Shown here: positions 16,718 to 27,055 of the stretch, piece by piece
Layout of the letters: each line of letters opens with the position of its first letter
Numbering within the stretch: the stretch's first letter is position 1
From: an uncultured archaeon
Lineage (GTDB): Archaea; Asgardarchaeota; Thorarchaeia; Thorarchaeales; CAZPUN01
Length of the DNA: 32,000 nt
Reading direction: 5' to 3'
Assembly (NCBI GenBank): GCA_964589775.1
Contig: CAZPUN010000023.1
Location: 30,001-62,000 of the forward strand
Notes under the pieces: generated by a model
What the model was told of the DNA's origin: nothing
The model's database searches: none
What the model saw: the letters and a program-made list of their open reading frames with translations, nothing else
Program-made: the position numbers and the translations under genes

Positions 16718-17356
16718 ATGAATTCTGAAACATTAGATGCATTATGGAAGTTTGCAGAAGAAAAGCTTGGTTCTAATGACCTGACCCATGATTTAGGACA
16801 CACGCGACGTGTATATAATCTTGCAATTAAACTATCAAAGCAAGTGGGCGCAGATTTAGATATAATCATGGCAGCTGCAATTCTTCATGATACCGGACGA
16901 CCTGAAGAGAAAAGTAGTGGAATTTCACATGCAAAGATCTCTGCAGATTATGCACGAAAACTTTTAGAATCACTTGATTTTCCGACTGAAAAAATCCCTG
17001 CTGTATGTGATGCAATTCGTACGCATCGTTTCAGTGAAGGTTTAACTCCAAACTCATTAGAAGGCAAAGTACTTTCCGATGCCGATAAATTAGATGCAAT
17101 GGGGGCTATCGGCTTATATCGTACTATTGCAAATAATGTACGTAAGGGGTATGGATTACTAAGTGTCTTAAAACATTTGAATGATAAATTATTAAAGTTA
17201 AAAGATTTAATTTATCTTGAACCAGCAAAAGTACTTGCTCAAAAACGACACAAATTATTACTTGATTTTGTATGCCAAATAGTTCGCGAATATTTAGAGA
17301 CCGAAACAGATCTACCTGAACTAATTATTCATTTTAAAAAAATGTGTGATATTTAA
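16718..17356 (+). CDS. HD-domain phosphohydrolase
   Basis: HDLGHTRRV, AAILHDTG, HA..SA, HRFS and SDADKLDAMGAIG. Probable start ATG 16718. Confidence 0.92.
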   Translation: MNSETLDALWKFAEEKLGSNDLTHDLGHTRRVYNLAIKLSKQVGADLDIIMAAAILHDTGRPEEKSSGISHAKISADYARKLLESLDFPTEKIPAVCDAIRTHRFSEGLTPNSLEGKVLSDADKLDAMGAIGLYRTIANNVRKGYGLLSVLKHLNDKLLKLKDLIYLEPAKVLAQKRHKLLLDFVCQIVREYLETETDLPELIIHFKKMCDI

Positions 17357-17889
17357 GATTCTAAAATTAATTCCAAGTATGATTTTCTAATATAATCTTC
17401 TTTCTTTATTCCTATTTTTGAACCAAGGTCAAATATATATTTTAATGCATCATCGATTTCTGCATTATTCTTAACTATTATCTCAAGTTCGACAAAATCT
17501 CCGAGTTTATATACGTGATCTAATGTTAGTGTAATATTATTGAGCTCAAACACACTTCTAAATTTATTCACTTCTCCAACCGGTGTAAATCCCAAAGCTT
17601 CTATAATTTCTGTAATTTTTTCAAGTTCACTTACATTTACATTTATTTCACGACGAGTTTTTGACACTTTATTTAACTTAGGCCCTTTATATGTTATCAA
17701 AACTATTTTCTCTTTACTTATTTCTCTTATTCGTAAGGCTTCGTCTGTTTTAGTAAAATCTCGACAAGGATGTTGATAATATACATCGTGTTCTTCTAGT
17801 TTTTCTATAAATCGAGCGCCTAAATCTACTATTTTTTTCTCAATTTGGCTTAAATTTGATACGCGTGCTTTAATCTCAACTTCAATCAT
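17353..17889 (-). CDS. cyaB: CYTH-domain protein (class IV adenylate cyclase, CyaB family)
   Basis: MIEVEIKA (ExExK), DEALRIR, TYKGPK, GDFVELE and RKSYLEL. Confidence 0.9.
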   Translation of the reverse strand: MIEVEIKARVSNLSQIEKKIVDLGARFIEKLEEHDVYYQHPCRDFTKTDEALRIREISKEKIVLITYKGPKLNKVSKTRREINVNVSELEKITEIIEALGFTPVGEVNKFRSVFELNNITLTLDHVYKLGDFVELEIIVKNNAEIDDALKYIFDLGSKIGIKKEDYIRKSYLELILES

Positions 17890-17958
17890 TATTATCCCGA
17901 TGGATATATTGATAAATACCATTTATCTTTTTCTAGTTTGCAGTATGAGGTGCGTTCC

Positions 17959-18927
17959 GTGACTGATGATGAAATTAAAATTGCATCTGACTTGGCTCAA
18001 GAATATGGATATAAAAAATATATGATTGCACGTTATCTGAAGCTCTGGGGTATTTCTGAAACCAAGCAATTATTAGAATCAAATGAACGGCAGGTCACAC
18101 CGACTATTCGCTATAACTCTTTGCGTATTGACCGCGAAACATTTGAAGCCCAACTTGAGAAAAGAAATATAGATCTAGAACAAATTGATTGGCTTCCTGA
18201 CGCCTATTTTGTAAAAGAATCGCAAGTACCAATAGGTGCTACAATAGAGCATCTTCTTGGCTGGTATTATATTCAAGCGATTCCATCTATTGTTGCAGCT
18301 TATGTGCTTAATCCTTCTGAGAATGATATTGTGTTTGATATTGCGGCAGCACCGGGTGGAAAGACTACATATCTTGCACAGCTTATGAATAACTCCGGTT
18401 TAATTGTTGCAATGGATCCAGACCGATTGAGGCTACGTGCCCTTAAAAGTAATATATCGCGATGTGGTGTTCGTAATACAATCGTAATGCGATTTGACGG
18501 TAAAAATCTTAATAGGCTGCCCTTTGTTCCAGATAAGATTTTACTTGATGCACCTTGTACTGGGGAAGGACTGATTGTAAAAGATCCTAGTAGAAAGACA
18601 AGTAAAACACAAGCGGATATAATGTATTGTTCAACACTACAAAAGGATCTTCTATCTGTTGCGCTCAAGGTATTAAAGCCGGGTGGTGAACTTGTATATT
18701 CTACATGTTCCATAGGTCCAGAAGAAAATGAGATGGTTATTGATTTTGTGTTACAATCATTTCCCGAAGTTTCAATTATTCCAATGAGCATTAAGGTTGG
18801 TGAACCCGGTATTGTTGAGCCATTTGGTGTAAAGTTACGTGCCGACCTGATCAATGCACGTAGATTTTATCCACACAAGCATGGTACTGAAGGTTTCTTT
18901 ATAATTAAGTTAAAAAAAGGTGAATAA
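17959..18927 (+). CDS. RNA m5C methyltransferase, NOL1/NOP2/RsmB family
   Basis: DIAAAPGGKT, ILLDAPCTGEG, LVYSTCS...ENE and EGFF. Start is GTG 17959 after GAGGTG, or TTG 17938. Confidence 0.95.
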   Translation: MTDDEIKIASDLAQEYGYKKYMIARYLKLWGISETKQLLESNERQVTPTIRYNSLRIDRETFEAQLEKRNIDLEQIDWLPDAYFVKESQVPIGATIEHLLGWYYIQAIPSIVAAYVLNPSENDIVFDIAAAPGGKTTYLAQLMNNSGLIVAMDPDRLRLRALKSNISRCGVRNTIVMRFDGKNLNRLPFVPDKILLDAPCTGEGLIVKDPSRKTSKTQADIMYCSTLQKDLLSVALKVLKPGGELVYSTCSIGPEENEMVIDFVLQSFPEVSIIPMSIKVGEPGIVEPFGVKLRADLINARRFYPHKHGTEGFFIIKLKKGE

Positions 18928-18928
18928 T

Positions 18929-19483
18929 ATGAGTGATTTTTACAAAGCATCGAATTCATTTGTGAAACGGGTACGAGCACGATCTGCCGATTGGTTTGGG
19001 CGTGATTACTTTGGGGAAATATTTCAAGATACTGTTTTTGTGATCAAGGAACGCAAGAAATCTTTAAGCTTATATGCTATTTCTTCTTTATTATGGGAAA
19101 AATTACAAGATCTATTGAATGTACAAGGACTAAAGATTGAATCTGTGGGTGTTTGGGTTGGTGAAGTTAAAGAGGAGAACTTTAATCCAAGTCTTGAATT
19201 GATGCAGCTCATTGCTCCACATATTCGTGGAAGAACAATGTATTTGACAGAACGTGGTTCTCAAATATTTGTTTATGGGCACAATGTTCTTGCGCAATCA
19301 GTTAAAAAAGTCACTCGTGATGTCTCTAAAAACGATATTGTTTTAGTGAGATCATTTGAAGGGTTACCTATCGGTATGGCTAAGATTTTGGAAAATCCAA
19401 AGAAAATTAGAAAAATGAATGACGATGAAGTTTTTGCGAAGAATCTTCTCGATGTTGGATGGTATATTAGGAGTGGTGGGTAG
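18929..19483 (+). CDS. NIP7-like PUA-domain ribosome biogenesis protein
   Basis: FVYGHNV, VLVRS...PIGMAK and C-terminal LLDVGWYIRSGG. Confidence 0.82.
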   Translation: MSDFYKASNSFVKRVRARSADWFGRDYFGEIFQDTVFVIKERKKSLSLYAISSLLWEKLQDLLNVQGLKIESVGVWVGEVKEENFNPSLELMQLIAPHIRGRTMYLTERGSQIFVYGHNVLAQSVKKVTRDVSKNDIVLVRSFEGLPIGMAKILENPKKIRKMNDDEVFAKNLLDVGWYIRSGG

Positions 19484-19501
19484 TGCCACTCCATGAATGA
19501 A

Positions 19502-20239
19502 CTAAACGTACATGTTTGAAGGTCTTTCGCCACCATCATAATGACGTTTCATCTTTTCGATTTTTTCGATTTCTTTTGATTCATCCAATAGCTGAGTAAC
19601 GTCTACATTCATGTCAAACATTTCATTTAATTTTTCAAGTGTTGTAGCTGCCGCCCGTGGATCTGGGCGTCCTCTTTGTGCATATGATAATAATCCGATA
19701 GCAGACATATTTCGAATTTCTAAATGTGCGAGTAGAAGTGCTAGAGGACCTGCAACAAAGAGTCCTTCTTCCAATAATTGTATGTTCCATTTCTCTAATT
19801 TGTCTTTAGCGGCGCTTGTTGGTATTCCTCTCATAGTGTCTTCTTCATTTTCTCTAAAGTTAACGTCTAGTCCTCCAATGAGAATATTTTCACGGAATCC
19901 TTTAGCATGAAGCCAATCTGCTAATTCATCTATAAAGTTCCATTGTTCGGCTTGATGTGGTTGGAATCTTGGTACCAAAAATACAAAATTTTTGTACTTA
20001 AACAGTTCAAATGGTAGACTAATATGCCCATTTTCCACAGAAACAAATAATGGCATTACATCCGATTTGATAAATCCAATTCTTTCAGCTTCGAGGGTTC
20101 GTATTAAATGTGCAACTGATAAATATCCTACTTCTCCTAATCCATGAAATCCTGTAATGAATATCGAATCAGGTTCTATATCTTTTCCTTCCTTTATTAT
20201 TATTTTAAAATTGGAAGGCTTTGTACTTACAAATGACAT
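19502..20239 (-). CDS. PAC2-family proteasome assembly chaperone (Pba-like) with C-terminal HbYX motif
   Basis: FITGFHGLGEVGYL, ILIGG, GPLALLL and RPDPRAA; ends in M-Y-V. Confidence 0.9.
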   Translation of the reverse strand: MSFVSTKPSNFKIIIKEGKDIEPDSIFITGFHGLGEVGYLSVAHLIRTLEAERIGFIKSDVMPLFVSVENGHISLPFELFKYKNFVFLVPRFQPHQAEQWNFIDELADWLHAKGFRENILIGGLDVNFRENEEDTMRGIPTSAAKDKLEKWNIQLLEEGLFVAGPLALLLAHLEIRNMSAIGLLSYAQRGRPDPRAAATTLEKLNEMFDMNVDVTQLLDESKEIEKIEKMKRHYDGGERPSNMYV

Positions 20240-20387
20240 TATATGACGCCCCAAATATATTGTATGTTATGTATCTAACACATCTATTTTTTTGTTTTGC
20301 ATGATTTATTTGAATTCCTTTATTAAGAATTCTATAACTACAACAACCGAATAGTTTTTCATTTTTCAGTTTTATGTATTTATTGAA

Positions 20388-21476
20388 ATGATATGGCGAA
20401 AAGATTATATTTGGTCAAATGAGGACCTTAAGAATCGATTGAAGCGATATTATGGGCTCATAAATGGACTATACTATGCAAAATACCTAATTGCAAAAAC
20501 AATCCCTGCTGAAATTTCTTTAGATTCTCCATTAGATTCTCTATGGGCTGAACATGATAGATTGTCTGCAATTTTTCAAAAGGAATTTGATATGTTTGAT
20601 AACAAAAATAAGCGTAGTCTTCATTTTGTTTCCCCTTCTTATCTAGATTTAAAAATTGAAATTGCAAATAGATCCTTGGAAAGTTGTGAATTTTGTGAGC
20701 ATCGTTGTAAAGTAAATAGATTCCAAACAGATCATGGTGTATGCCGTCTTAATTCAAAGTCCCGTGTATCATCTGCTTTTTTGCATCCAGGCGAGGAAGA
20801 TCCATTAGTACCAAGTGGTACAATTTTCTTTTCATCTTGTATGTTCAAATGTGTATTTTGCCAAAATTTCGATATCTCAACAAATCCGCACTCTGGACAT
20901 ATTGTTTCCCCAAAAGAACTTGCGAAACTTGCAAATTCATTATCAAAAGAAGGTGCTCTTAATATTAATTATGTCGGTGGTGATCCAATTCCTAATACCC
21001 ACACGATTTTAACCTCTTTAAAATACCAAACAGAAAATATTACACAACTTTGGAATTCTAACTTGTACTGTACTGAAAACACTATGAAGCTTCTTTTTGA
21101 TGTCATTGACCTTTGGCTTCCAGATTTCAAGTATGGTAATAATGAGTGTGGCTTGAAATATTCTCGGATACCTCGATATTATGATGTAATTTCCCGAAAT
21201 TTGAAAATGATTGCTGAACATGGTGATGAGATAATTATTCGACATCTTGTATTGCCAAATCATATACATTGTTGTACATTTCCTATATTAGAGTTCATTC
21301 ATGATAATTTACCTAATGCATTAGTTAATATTATGGGGCAATACCGCCCCGAATATTTAGTACGTTCTCAGCCTTCGCGTTTTCCTGAAATTGCTCGACG
21401 ACCTACAAGAGATGAAATGCATTCTGCATTTGAGTATGCAGATCAACTTGGAATCGTTTGGCGACCTGTGTCTTGA
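20388..21476 (+). CDS. PflX-type radical SAM Fe-S protein
   Basis: CEFCEHRC...GVC, HPGEE..LVPSGTIFF, CMFKCVFCQN, WNSN, PDFKYGN, RHLVLPNH and NIMGQYRP. Confidence 0.9.
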   Translation: MIWRKDYIWSNEDLKNRLKRYYGLINGLYYAKYLIAKTIPAEISLDSPLDSLWAEHDRLSAIFQKEFDMFDNKNKRSLHFVSPSYLDLKIEIANRSLESCEFCEHRCKVNRFQTDHGVCRLNSKSRVSSAFLHPGEEDPLVPSGTIFFSSCMFKCVFCQNFDISTNPHSGHIVSPKELAKLANSLSKEGALNINYVGGDPIPNTHTILTSLKYQTENITQLWNSNLYCTENTMKLLFDVIDLWLPDFKYGNNECGLKYSRIPRYYDVISRNLKMIAEHGDEIIIRHLVLPNHIHCCTFPILEFIHDNLPNALVNIMGQYRPEYLVRSQPSRFPEIARRPTRDEMHSAFEYADQLGIVWRPVS

Positions 21477-21526
21477 TGCAAAATCTTTAATTATAACTAT
21501 CTGAATTCTATAAATAGGTGACTAAT

Positions 21527-21751
21527 TTGTGCTTAGCAGTACCTGGTGAAGTTGTGTCTATTGACGGAGATCGTGCCGAAGTAGACTTCGGTGGTGTTAA
21601 AAAAACAGTGATTGTAAGTCTAATTGATGACTTAAAGGTTGGAGATTATGTGATTGTCCATACTGGTTATGCTATTGAAAAGTTGCGAAAGGAAGAAGCG
21701 TTAAAAACTTTAAAACTATGGGACGCTATTGATGAAATAGTAAATCAATAG
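21527..21751 (+). CDS. hypC: [NiFe]-hydrogenase maturation chaperone HypC/HupF
   Basis: (M)CLAVPG N-terminus using TTG 21527 after AGGTGA; VGDYVIVHTGYAI. Confidence 0.95.
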   Translation: MCLAVPGEVVSIDGDRAEVDFGGVKKTVIVSLIDDLKVGDYVIVHTGYAIEKLRKEEALKTLKLWDAIDEIVNQ

Positions 21752-21761
21752 GTGTAATTTC

Positions 21762-22628
21762 ATGAGTAATCTAATTGAAAAATACATGCAAGAATTTGGT
21801 CAAAAGATTAATACTTCCCCCGAATTGTCCGATGTTTCTCAAGATGCAATTTCAAAAAAGTTATCTGATCTTTTCGTTGTATTACTTGCAGGTGGGAAAG
21901 GCGAACGTATTCGTAGCGTAACACATAATGAAGATATTAATAAAGTTATGATACGCCCATTGGAAAAAGAAAGTCTAATTGAATTGGCAATTAAAATGTA
22001 TGCAAATGTGGGTGTAAGGAATTTTGTTGTTCTAACTGGATTTCTTGCGGATAAAGTCATGGAACATCTAGGTAATGGTAGTAAATATGGAGTTTCGATT
22101 AGATATTCTCCAGACCCTGATAGATTAGTTGGTAGTGGTGGTGCAGTCTTAAATGCGATTGTGAATGGCGTTCTACCTGAGGATAAAATGATTATTATTC
22201 ACAATCCTGATGATTTAATAATTCTTGATGATGGAAAATCATTTCCGGTAGAGTTAGTGCGGCATCACATCTTTGGATTATTACATGGTACATTGGCTAC
22301 CGTTGTTGCTGTTCCATATACCTCGTATGCCTATTCTGGAATGGTAATTGATAAGGGGCTAGTACGATCAATTCAGAAATATCCCAAGATATATGTTCCT
22401 GCGCACACTGGAGTTACAGCATTTGAACCACAAGCTTTACAATTATTTAAAACGTACATAGATCTTAATAAGAAGACCTCATTTGAAGATATTATTTTAC
22501 CAATACTAAGTAATGAAGGAAAACTCTTTTCATATGTCATACCTGCCGATTCGTGGATTCCCGTAAATGATTTGAAAGGTCTAAATGCAGCACGGAGACG
22601 GCTGCAGTCTATGGGGCTTCCAAAATAG
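21762..22628 (+). CDS. Sugar-phosphate nucleotidyltransferase (NTP_transferase family)
   Basis: LLAGGKGERIR, G.GSKYGVSIRYS, GSGGA and WIPVND. Confidence 0.85.
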   Translation: MSNLIEKYMQEFGQKINTSPELSDVSQDAISKKLSDLFVVLLAGGKGERIRSVTHNEDINKVMIRPLEKESLIELAIKMYANVGVRNFVVLTGFLADKVMEHLGNGSKYGVSIRYSPDPDRLVGSGGAVLNAIVNGVLPEDKMIIIHNPDDLIILDDGKSFPVELVRHHIFGLLHGTLATVVAVPYTSYAYSGMVIDKGLVRSIQKYPKIYVPAHTGVTAFEPQALQLFKTYIDLNKKTSFEDIILPILSNEGKLFSYVIPADSWIPVNDLKGLNAARRRLQSMGLPK

Positions 22629-23724
22629 ACTCATAGACTTTTTCAATTCTATCAACTATTTTTTCCCAATCTAAATATTTCTTCACGAATTCGAGTCGTT
22701 CTCTTTTTCTATTATCTTTAGCTTGTATTTCACTTAATATTGCTCTCGCAAAATCTTCTTCATTTAATGGTGATATTCGTACAAAATCCTTGAATATAGT
22801 TCTCACTGATGGCAAGTCTGAAGAAACGATCTTCTTACCATAAGCCAAAGCCTCAATTATTACTGTGGGTAATCCCTCGGACCTAGATGGTAAAACAAAA
22901 ATTTCTGCAACATTATACAAGTATTTTAACTTATCTTGAGAAACTCTACCCAAAAAATGTATGCGATCACTATATGGCGAACTATCTGCCAGCCGTTTTA
23001 TTTTTAATGCATCTTCCCCGTTTCCTACAATATATAAATGTGCTTTATCATCACGTTCTGCTACTATATCAAACGCACGAATTAATACGTCAACACCTTT
23101 TCGAATGATTAACGCACCCACAAATAAAATATTATGATTTTTGGGACTTATATTGTATTGTGTATTGGTTATCTCCGTTAAATTAAGAAAATCTAAATCT
23201 ATCCCGTTTGGTATTTGTACTACTTTGCTTTTTTTAACTCCAAGGTTAATTAGTCGCCATTTTTCATCAGGTGTTAACGCGATGACGACTCGTGCTTTAT
23301 TTAAAACATATTGTCCAATCGTATGTGTATAAATGGTTTCTAAAAGATCTGGAATTCTCTTACCAAATCGTAATTTTCCATGTACTGTGGTGACAATAGG
23401 TGTACTTCTAATAACTGAACCTGCCAGCATGGAAATCATTGAATGTTCGTTATGCGTATGGACTATATCTGCCCATTTTGCCATTTGTTTAATTAATGAA
23501 ATAACTCCAACTATATTTTTATATATTGGGTTCCTAAAAGGTCGCATGAACACTGGAATTTTATAGATTCCCTTTTGGGTATAATCCGCCTTCGTTGGAT
23601 AATCGGATGTCAAGACTAAGACTGAATGTCCCCGTTTTCTTAAACTCTCTACAAGTCGTTTTACATAGTACTCTTGACCGCCCTGATATGGTGGATAATA
23701 TGGTGCTACTTGTAATATTCTCAT
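22609..23724 (-). CDS. Glycosyltransferase family 4
   Basis: MRILQV..YYPP..GG, IPNGID, ILFVG...RKG and EGLPTVIIEA. Confidence 0.93.
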   Translation of the reverse strand: MRILQVAPYYPPYQGGQEYYVKRLVESLRKRGHSVLVLTSDYPTKADYTQKGIYKIPVFMRPFRNPIYKNIVGVISLIKQMAKWADIVHTHNEHSMISMLAGSVIRSTPIVTTVHGKLRFGKRIPDLLETIYTHTIGQYVLNKARVVIALTPDEKWRLINLGVKKSKVVQIPNGIDLDFLNLTEITNTQYNISPKNHNILFVGALIIRKGVDVLIRAFDIVAERDDKAHLYIVGNGEDALKIKRLADSSPYSDRIHFLGRVSQDKLKYLYNVAEIFVLPSRSEGLPTVIIEALAYGKKIVSSDLPSVRTIFKDFVRISPLNEEDFARAILSEIQAKDNRKRERLEFVKKYLDWEKIVDRIEKVYESILEAP

Positions 23725-23738
23725 TAACTCTTACTCCT

Positions 23739-24869
23739 TTATAGTTCCATATATAATTCAATAATTTTTCTGGCGATTTGGCTCCAGCTAAATTTCAAAT
23801 CCACAATGCGCCTTGATTCATTTCCTAATTCTTGGATATTCTTATTCATGATTGTTTTTATTGCTTTCTTTAGTGCAGATATATCGTTTGGTGGTATTAT
23901 GATACCATTCTTATCGCATATTGCGTCTCTTATTCCTGAAATATCTGTTGCTATTATTGGTAATCCGCTTGCCATTGCTTCAAGAACCACCAATGGTAAT
24001 CCTTCTCCCAGTGAGGGCAATACAAAAATTGTTGCGCGTGCGTATATTTTTGGTAGTTCTTCCCGTTCTACTGCATTTAGAAAAATAACGTTCTTTTCTA
24101 TATTTAATTTTTTTGCCAAATATTTTAATTTGTTTTCTTCAGGTCCGCCACCAACGATTACTAATGGGATATTGAGCCCTTTCATACTTTGTAATAATAT
24201 ATGTACACCTTTTCTATAATCTAAACGTCCGACAAATAGTATATATTCATCTGGTAGGTTTAACTTGGTTTTAGATGTTTTCTTTTTTGGATTGAAAAAA
24301 TTAGTATCTACTCCATTTGGGATAAATTCTATTTTATCCTTTGGAACACTATATTCTTTTACTAATTCCTTTTTTAATGAACTACTTACTACAATTGTTT
24401 TATTTGCTCGATTGACTACTGGTATGTCTAATGCTTTTGTTGATAATTCTCTAATAAGTTGGATCAATGGATTTTTATATTTGAATACGCTGGGTAACGG
24501 ATTATGTAGTGTATATACCCATTTTGTCTTATTTTTTATCGAAAAGAGTCTAGCAGATAACTTTTCATGAATGTGAGTTACATCATAATCTTGAGCTAGC
24601 TGTTGTGCAATTTCTGCAGTTCTAATTGCCGCTTTTACATTGCGTATGCCCATTTTAAAATAATCTTGTTGAAATGATATTTCTGCAGTTCCTACGGGAT
24701 ATACTTGAATTTTTTTAATATCAAATTTTGAGGTTACATCAGTAATGTATCCTACTGTATGCCCTAGTTTTACAAATTCTCGTGCTAAGTTATATGTGTG
24801 ATTCTCAATTGCGCCTCCCTTTGGAGGTGGTACTGGAATTATACCTGTATTGACAAGTAGGATCTTCAT
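23739..24869 (-). CDS. Glycosyltransferase family 4
   Basis: PVPPPKGGAIE, IPNGVD, LFVGRL..RKG and EGLPLVVLEAMASG. Probable start 24869 after GAGGT. Confidence 0.93.
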   Translation of the reverse strand: MKILLVNTGIIPVPPPKGGAIENHTYNLAREFVKLGHTVGYITDVTSKFDIKKIQVYPVGTAEISFQQDYFKMGIRNVKAAIRTAEIAQQLAQDYDVTHIHEKLSARLFSIKNKTKWVYTLHNPLPSVFKYKNPLIQLIRELSTKALDIPVVNRANKTIVVSSSLKKELVKEYSVPKDKIEFIPNGVDTNFFNPKKKTSKTKLNLPDEYILFVGRLDYRKGVHILLQSMKGLNIPLVIVGGGPEENKLKYLAKKLNIEKNVIFLNAVEREELPKIYARATIFVLPSLGEGLPLVVLEAMASGLPIIATDISGIRDAICDKNGIIIPPNDISALKKAIKTIMNKNIQELGNESRRIVDLKFSWSQIARKIIELYMEL

Positions 24870-24964
24870 TATTTTTACCTCAATATATAAACATCCATAT
24901 CTCAAAAATTATTATATATGTGTTTTTTTATTTGCTTATATCTATCCATTAATTGGTGAGTGCC

Positions 24965-26098
24965 ATGCGAATCCTTTATATTTCTCAGTATTATCCTCCA
25001 GCAACTCATGGTGGAGCTGTCTGTGTAAATCATATATTACATGAACTTTCTAAATCAAATGAAATATTGCATTTTACAGCAGAACCTTCAGGTCCCATTT
25101 TTAAGAATGTAACTACGTTATTTGGGCATGATGTTCCCGCTATTTTCCAACATAATTTATCATATTTGTTGAATATCCGGAAAATTATACAATATGCCAG
25201 AAAATTTAGACCACACGTGATACTTGCGCAGCATCAGGTAGATCATTTGGCATCTCTAACTGCAATGGGCCTAGGGAAGTTATTGAAAATCCCTGTTGTC
25301 ATACGTGCTGAAGATATTGTAAATGGAGACTTACCTTTATCGCAATTACCTATTTTTGTGTATTGTGAATTCCTTAATGATTTAACTCTGCATTTTGCGA
25401 AAAAAGCATCTAAATTCCTTGTAGCGACAAGTGAAATAGTTGATTATTTACACATAAAGCGCGGCTTTTTGAAAAGAAAGTTAGGAGTTAGTCCAAATGG
25501 TGTATCCCTTGAAATGTTCAAAAATGTGGAGAACCCCTATGAATATGATGGTGATCCTGTTTTTGTATTAATGGGTTCAATGGCACCTGCAGATAATGTC
25601 TTACTATTAGTGAGATCTGCTCCTGCGATACTCGAAGAATATCCAAAATCAAAGTTTGTGTTTATCGGTGAAGGTCCTGAAATTGAAAAGGCACATAATT
25701 TATCGAGAGCTCTAAATGTGGAAAAGCATTTTCTCTTTCTAGGTAAAGTTCCACATGAGCATGTTCCCCGATATTTGATTTCTGCTGATATTGGAATTGG
25801 TCCATTGAGACCTACAAATGAAAACCGTATGACTGTGCCTCTTAAGATATTGGAATATATGGCTGCCAAACTTCCAGTAATAAGTGTTCAAATATCCAAG
25901 GATGTATTGCGCAATAACGATACTGGCATAGTAATAAATACTGCGAGTGTTGAAGAATTCACAAAGAGAATCCTATATTTATTGGATAATAAAAAAATAC
26001 AAGAAAATCTTAGTACCCGCGCCTATCAGAATATTACAAAATATGATTGGAGAAATATTGTAAAAGATTTAGAAAAAGAATTAATGAATGTATCATGA
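24965..26098 (+). CDS. Glycosyltransferase family 4 (WbuB-like)
   Basis: MRILYISQYYPP, PNGV, ADIGIGP and PLKILEYMAA. Confidence 0.9.
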   Translation: MRILYISQYYPPATHGGAVCVNHILHELSKSNEILHFTAEPSGPIFKNVTTLFGHDVPAIFQHNLSYLLNIRKIIQYARKFRPHVILAQHQVDHLASLTAMGLGKLLKIPVVIRAEDIVNGDLPLSQLPIFVYCEFLNDLTLHFAKKASKFLVATSEIVDYLHIKRGFLKRKLGVSPNGVSLEMFKNVENPYEYDGDPVFVLMGSMAPADNVLLLVRSAPAILEEYPKSKFVFIGEGPEIEKAHNLSRALNVEKHFLFLGKVPHEHVPRYLISADIGIGPLRPTNENRMTVPLKILEYMAAKLPVISVQISKDVLRNNDTGIVINTASVEEFTKRILYLLDNKKIQENLSTRAYQNITKYDWRNIVKDLEKELMNVS

Positions 26099-27055
26099 GT
26101 CATTGTTTTCTTTTTCAGTATTCTTATTATTTGGTTCAGTTAGCCCATCGACAAAACCAACTACTGATGCAATATCTATAATTAATGAAATTCCCATTGC
26201 CATTAGTATGGGTTTTGGCTTCAGCATTTGTGGTGGCATTTTTGGTACTGTTCTTACAAGCAAGTATAATGGGAATCCCATTGCTAAGAAGAACCATGCA
26301 ACTGGATCATTAAAGCCCGCAATTGCTAGTGCTAAACCACTCAAGAATACTGCTATTTGTTTCAAGTGTATGTGTAATAGGGTTCTTGCACGAGCATTTC
26401 CAACAGCATATCCGTAGAATTGTTTGTATAACTCTTTTGTATTTTTACGTACCTGCCAGAAAACAATTGCATCTGGTGCAAAGACAAATTTCATATTGGC
26501 TTTCTTTAACCTTATGTCAAATAAAGTATCTTCTCCAGTCGCTAAATATTCTGGATACCCGCCAACTTGCTCCCATGCGGATTTTTTAAATGCAATTGAT
26601 CTGCTTGATGGCAAATATTCTTCCGGGTTAATTCTTTCTAATTTTGGATATGTTAGATTAGCTACAGTTTCTTGAAATAGGTTGGTTGCAGCTTCTTTAT
26701 AAAATCCTGCCACAACATCAACTGTGGGGTCTTCATAAAATGGTTTTGTTATATTTTCTAACCAGTGTGGATCTAACCAACAACCGCCATCAGTAACTGC
26801 AATGATTTCATTTTTCGCTTCTTTAATTGCAATGTTTCTACCCTGAGCTATGTTTGTTCCTTTTCTGACCAATAATTTAATGTATGGATATTTTTCTGTA
26901 TATTTTTTGATTTTTTCAACTGTTCGGTCTCTTGAACCACCATCTACAATAATAACTTCATCAGGCTTTTTTGTCTGAGCTAGTATTGACTCTATTGTTT
27001 TTTCGATGGTGTCTTCTTCGTTTAATATTGTCATCACTAGACTTACATCTGACAT
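26093..27055 (-). CDS. Glycosyltransferase family 2 with C-terminal TM helices
   Basis: NEEDTI, IIVDGGSRD, GRN, VTDGGC, VGGY..GED and a hydrophobic C-terminus. Probable start 27055. Confidence 0.93.
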   Translation of the reverse strand: MSDVSLVMTILNEEDTIEKTIESILAQTKKPDEVIIVDGGSRDRTVEKIKKYTEKYPYIKLLVRKGTNIAQGRNIAIKEAKNEIIAVTDGGCWLDPHWLENITKPFYEDPTVDVVAGFYKEAATNLFQETVANLTYPKLERINPEEYLPSSRSIAFKKSAWEQVGGYPEYLATGEDTLFDIRLKKANMKFVFAPDAIVFWQVRKNTKELYKQFYGYAVGNARARTLLHIHLKQIAVFLSGLALAIAGFNDPVAWFFLAMGFPLYLLVRTVPKMPPQMLKPKPILMAMGISLIIDIASVVGFVDGLTEPNNKNTEKENNDS

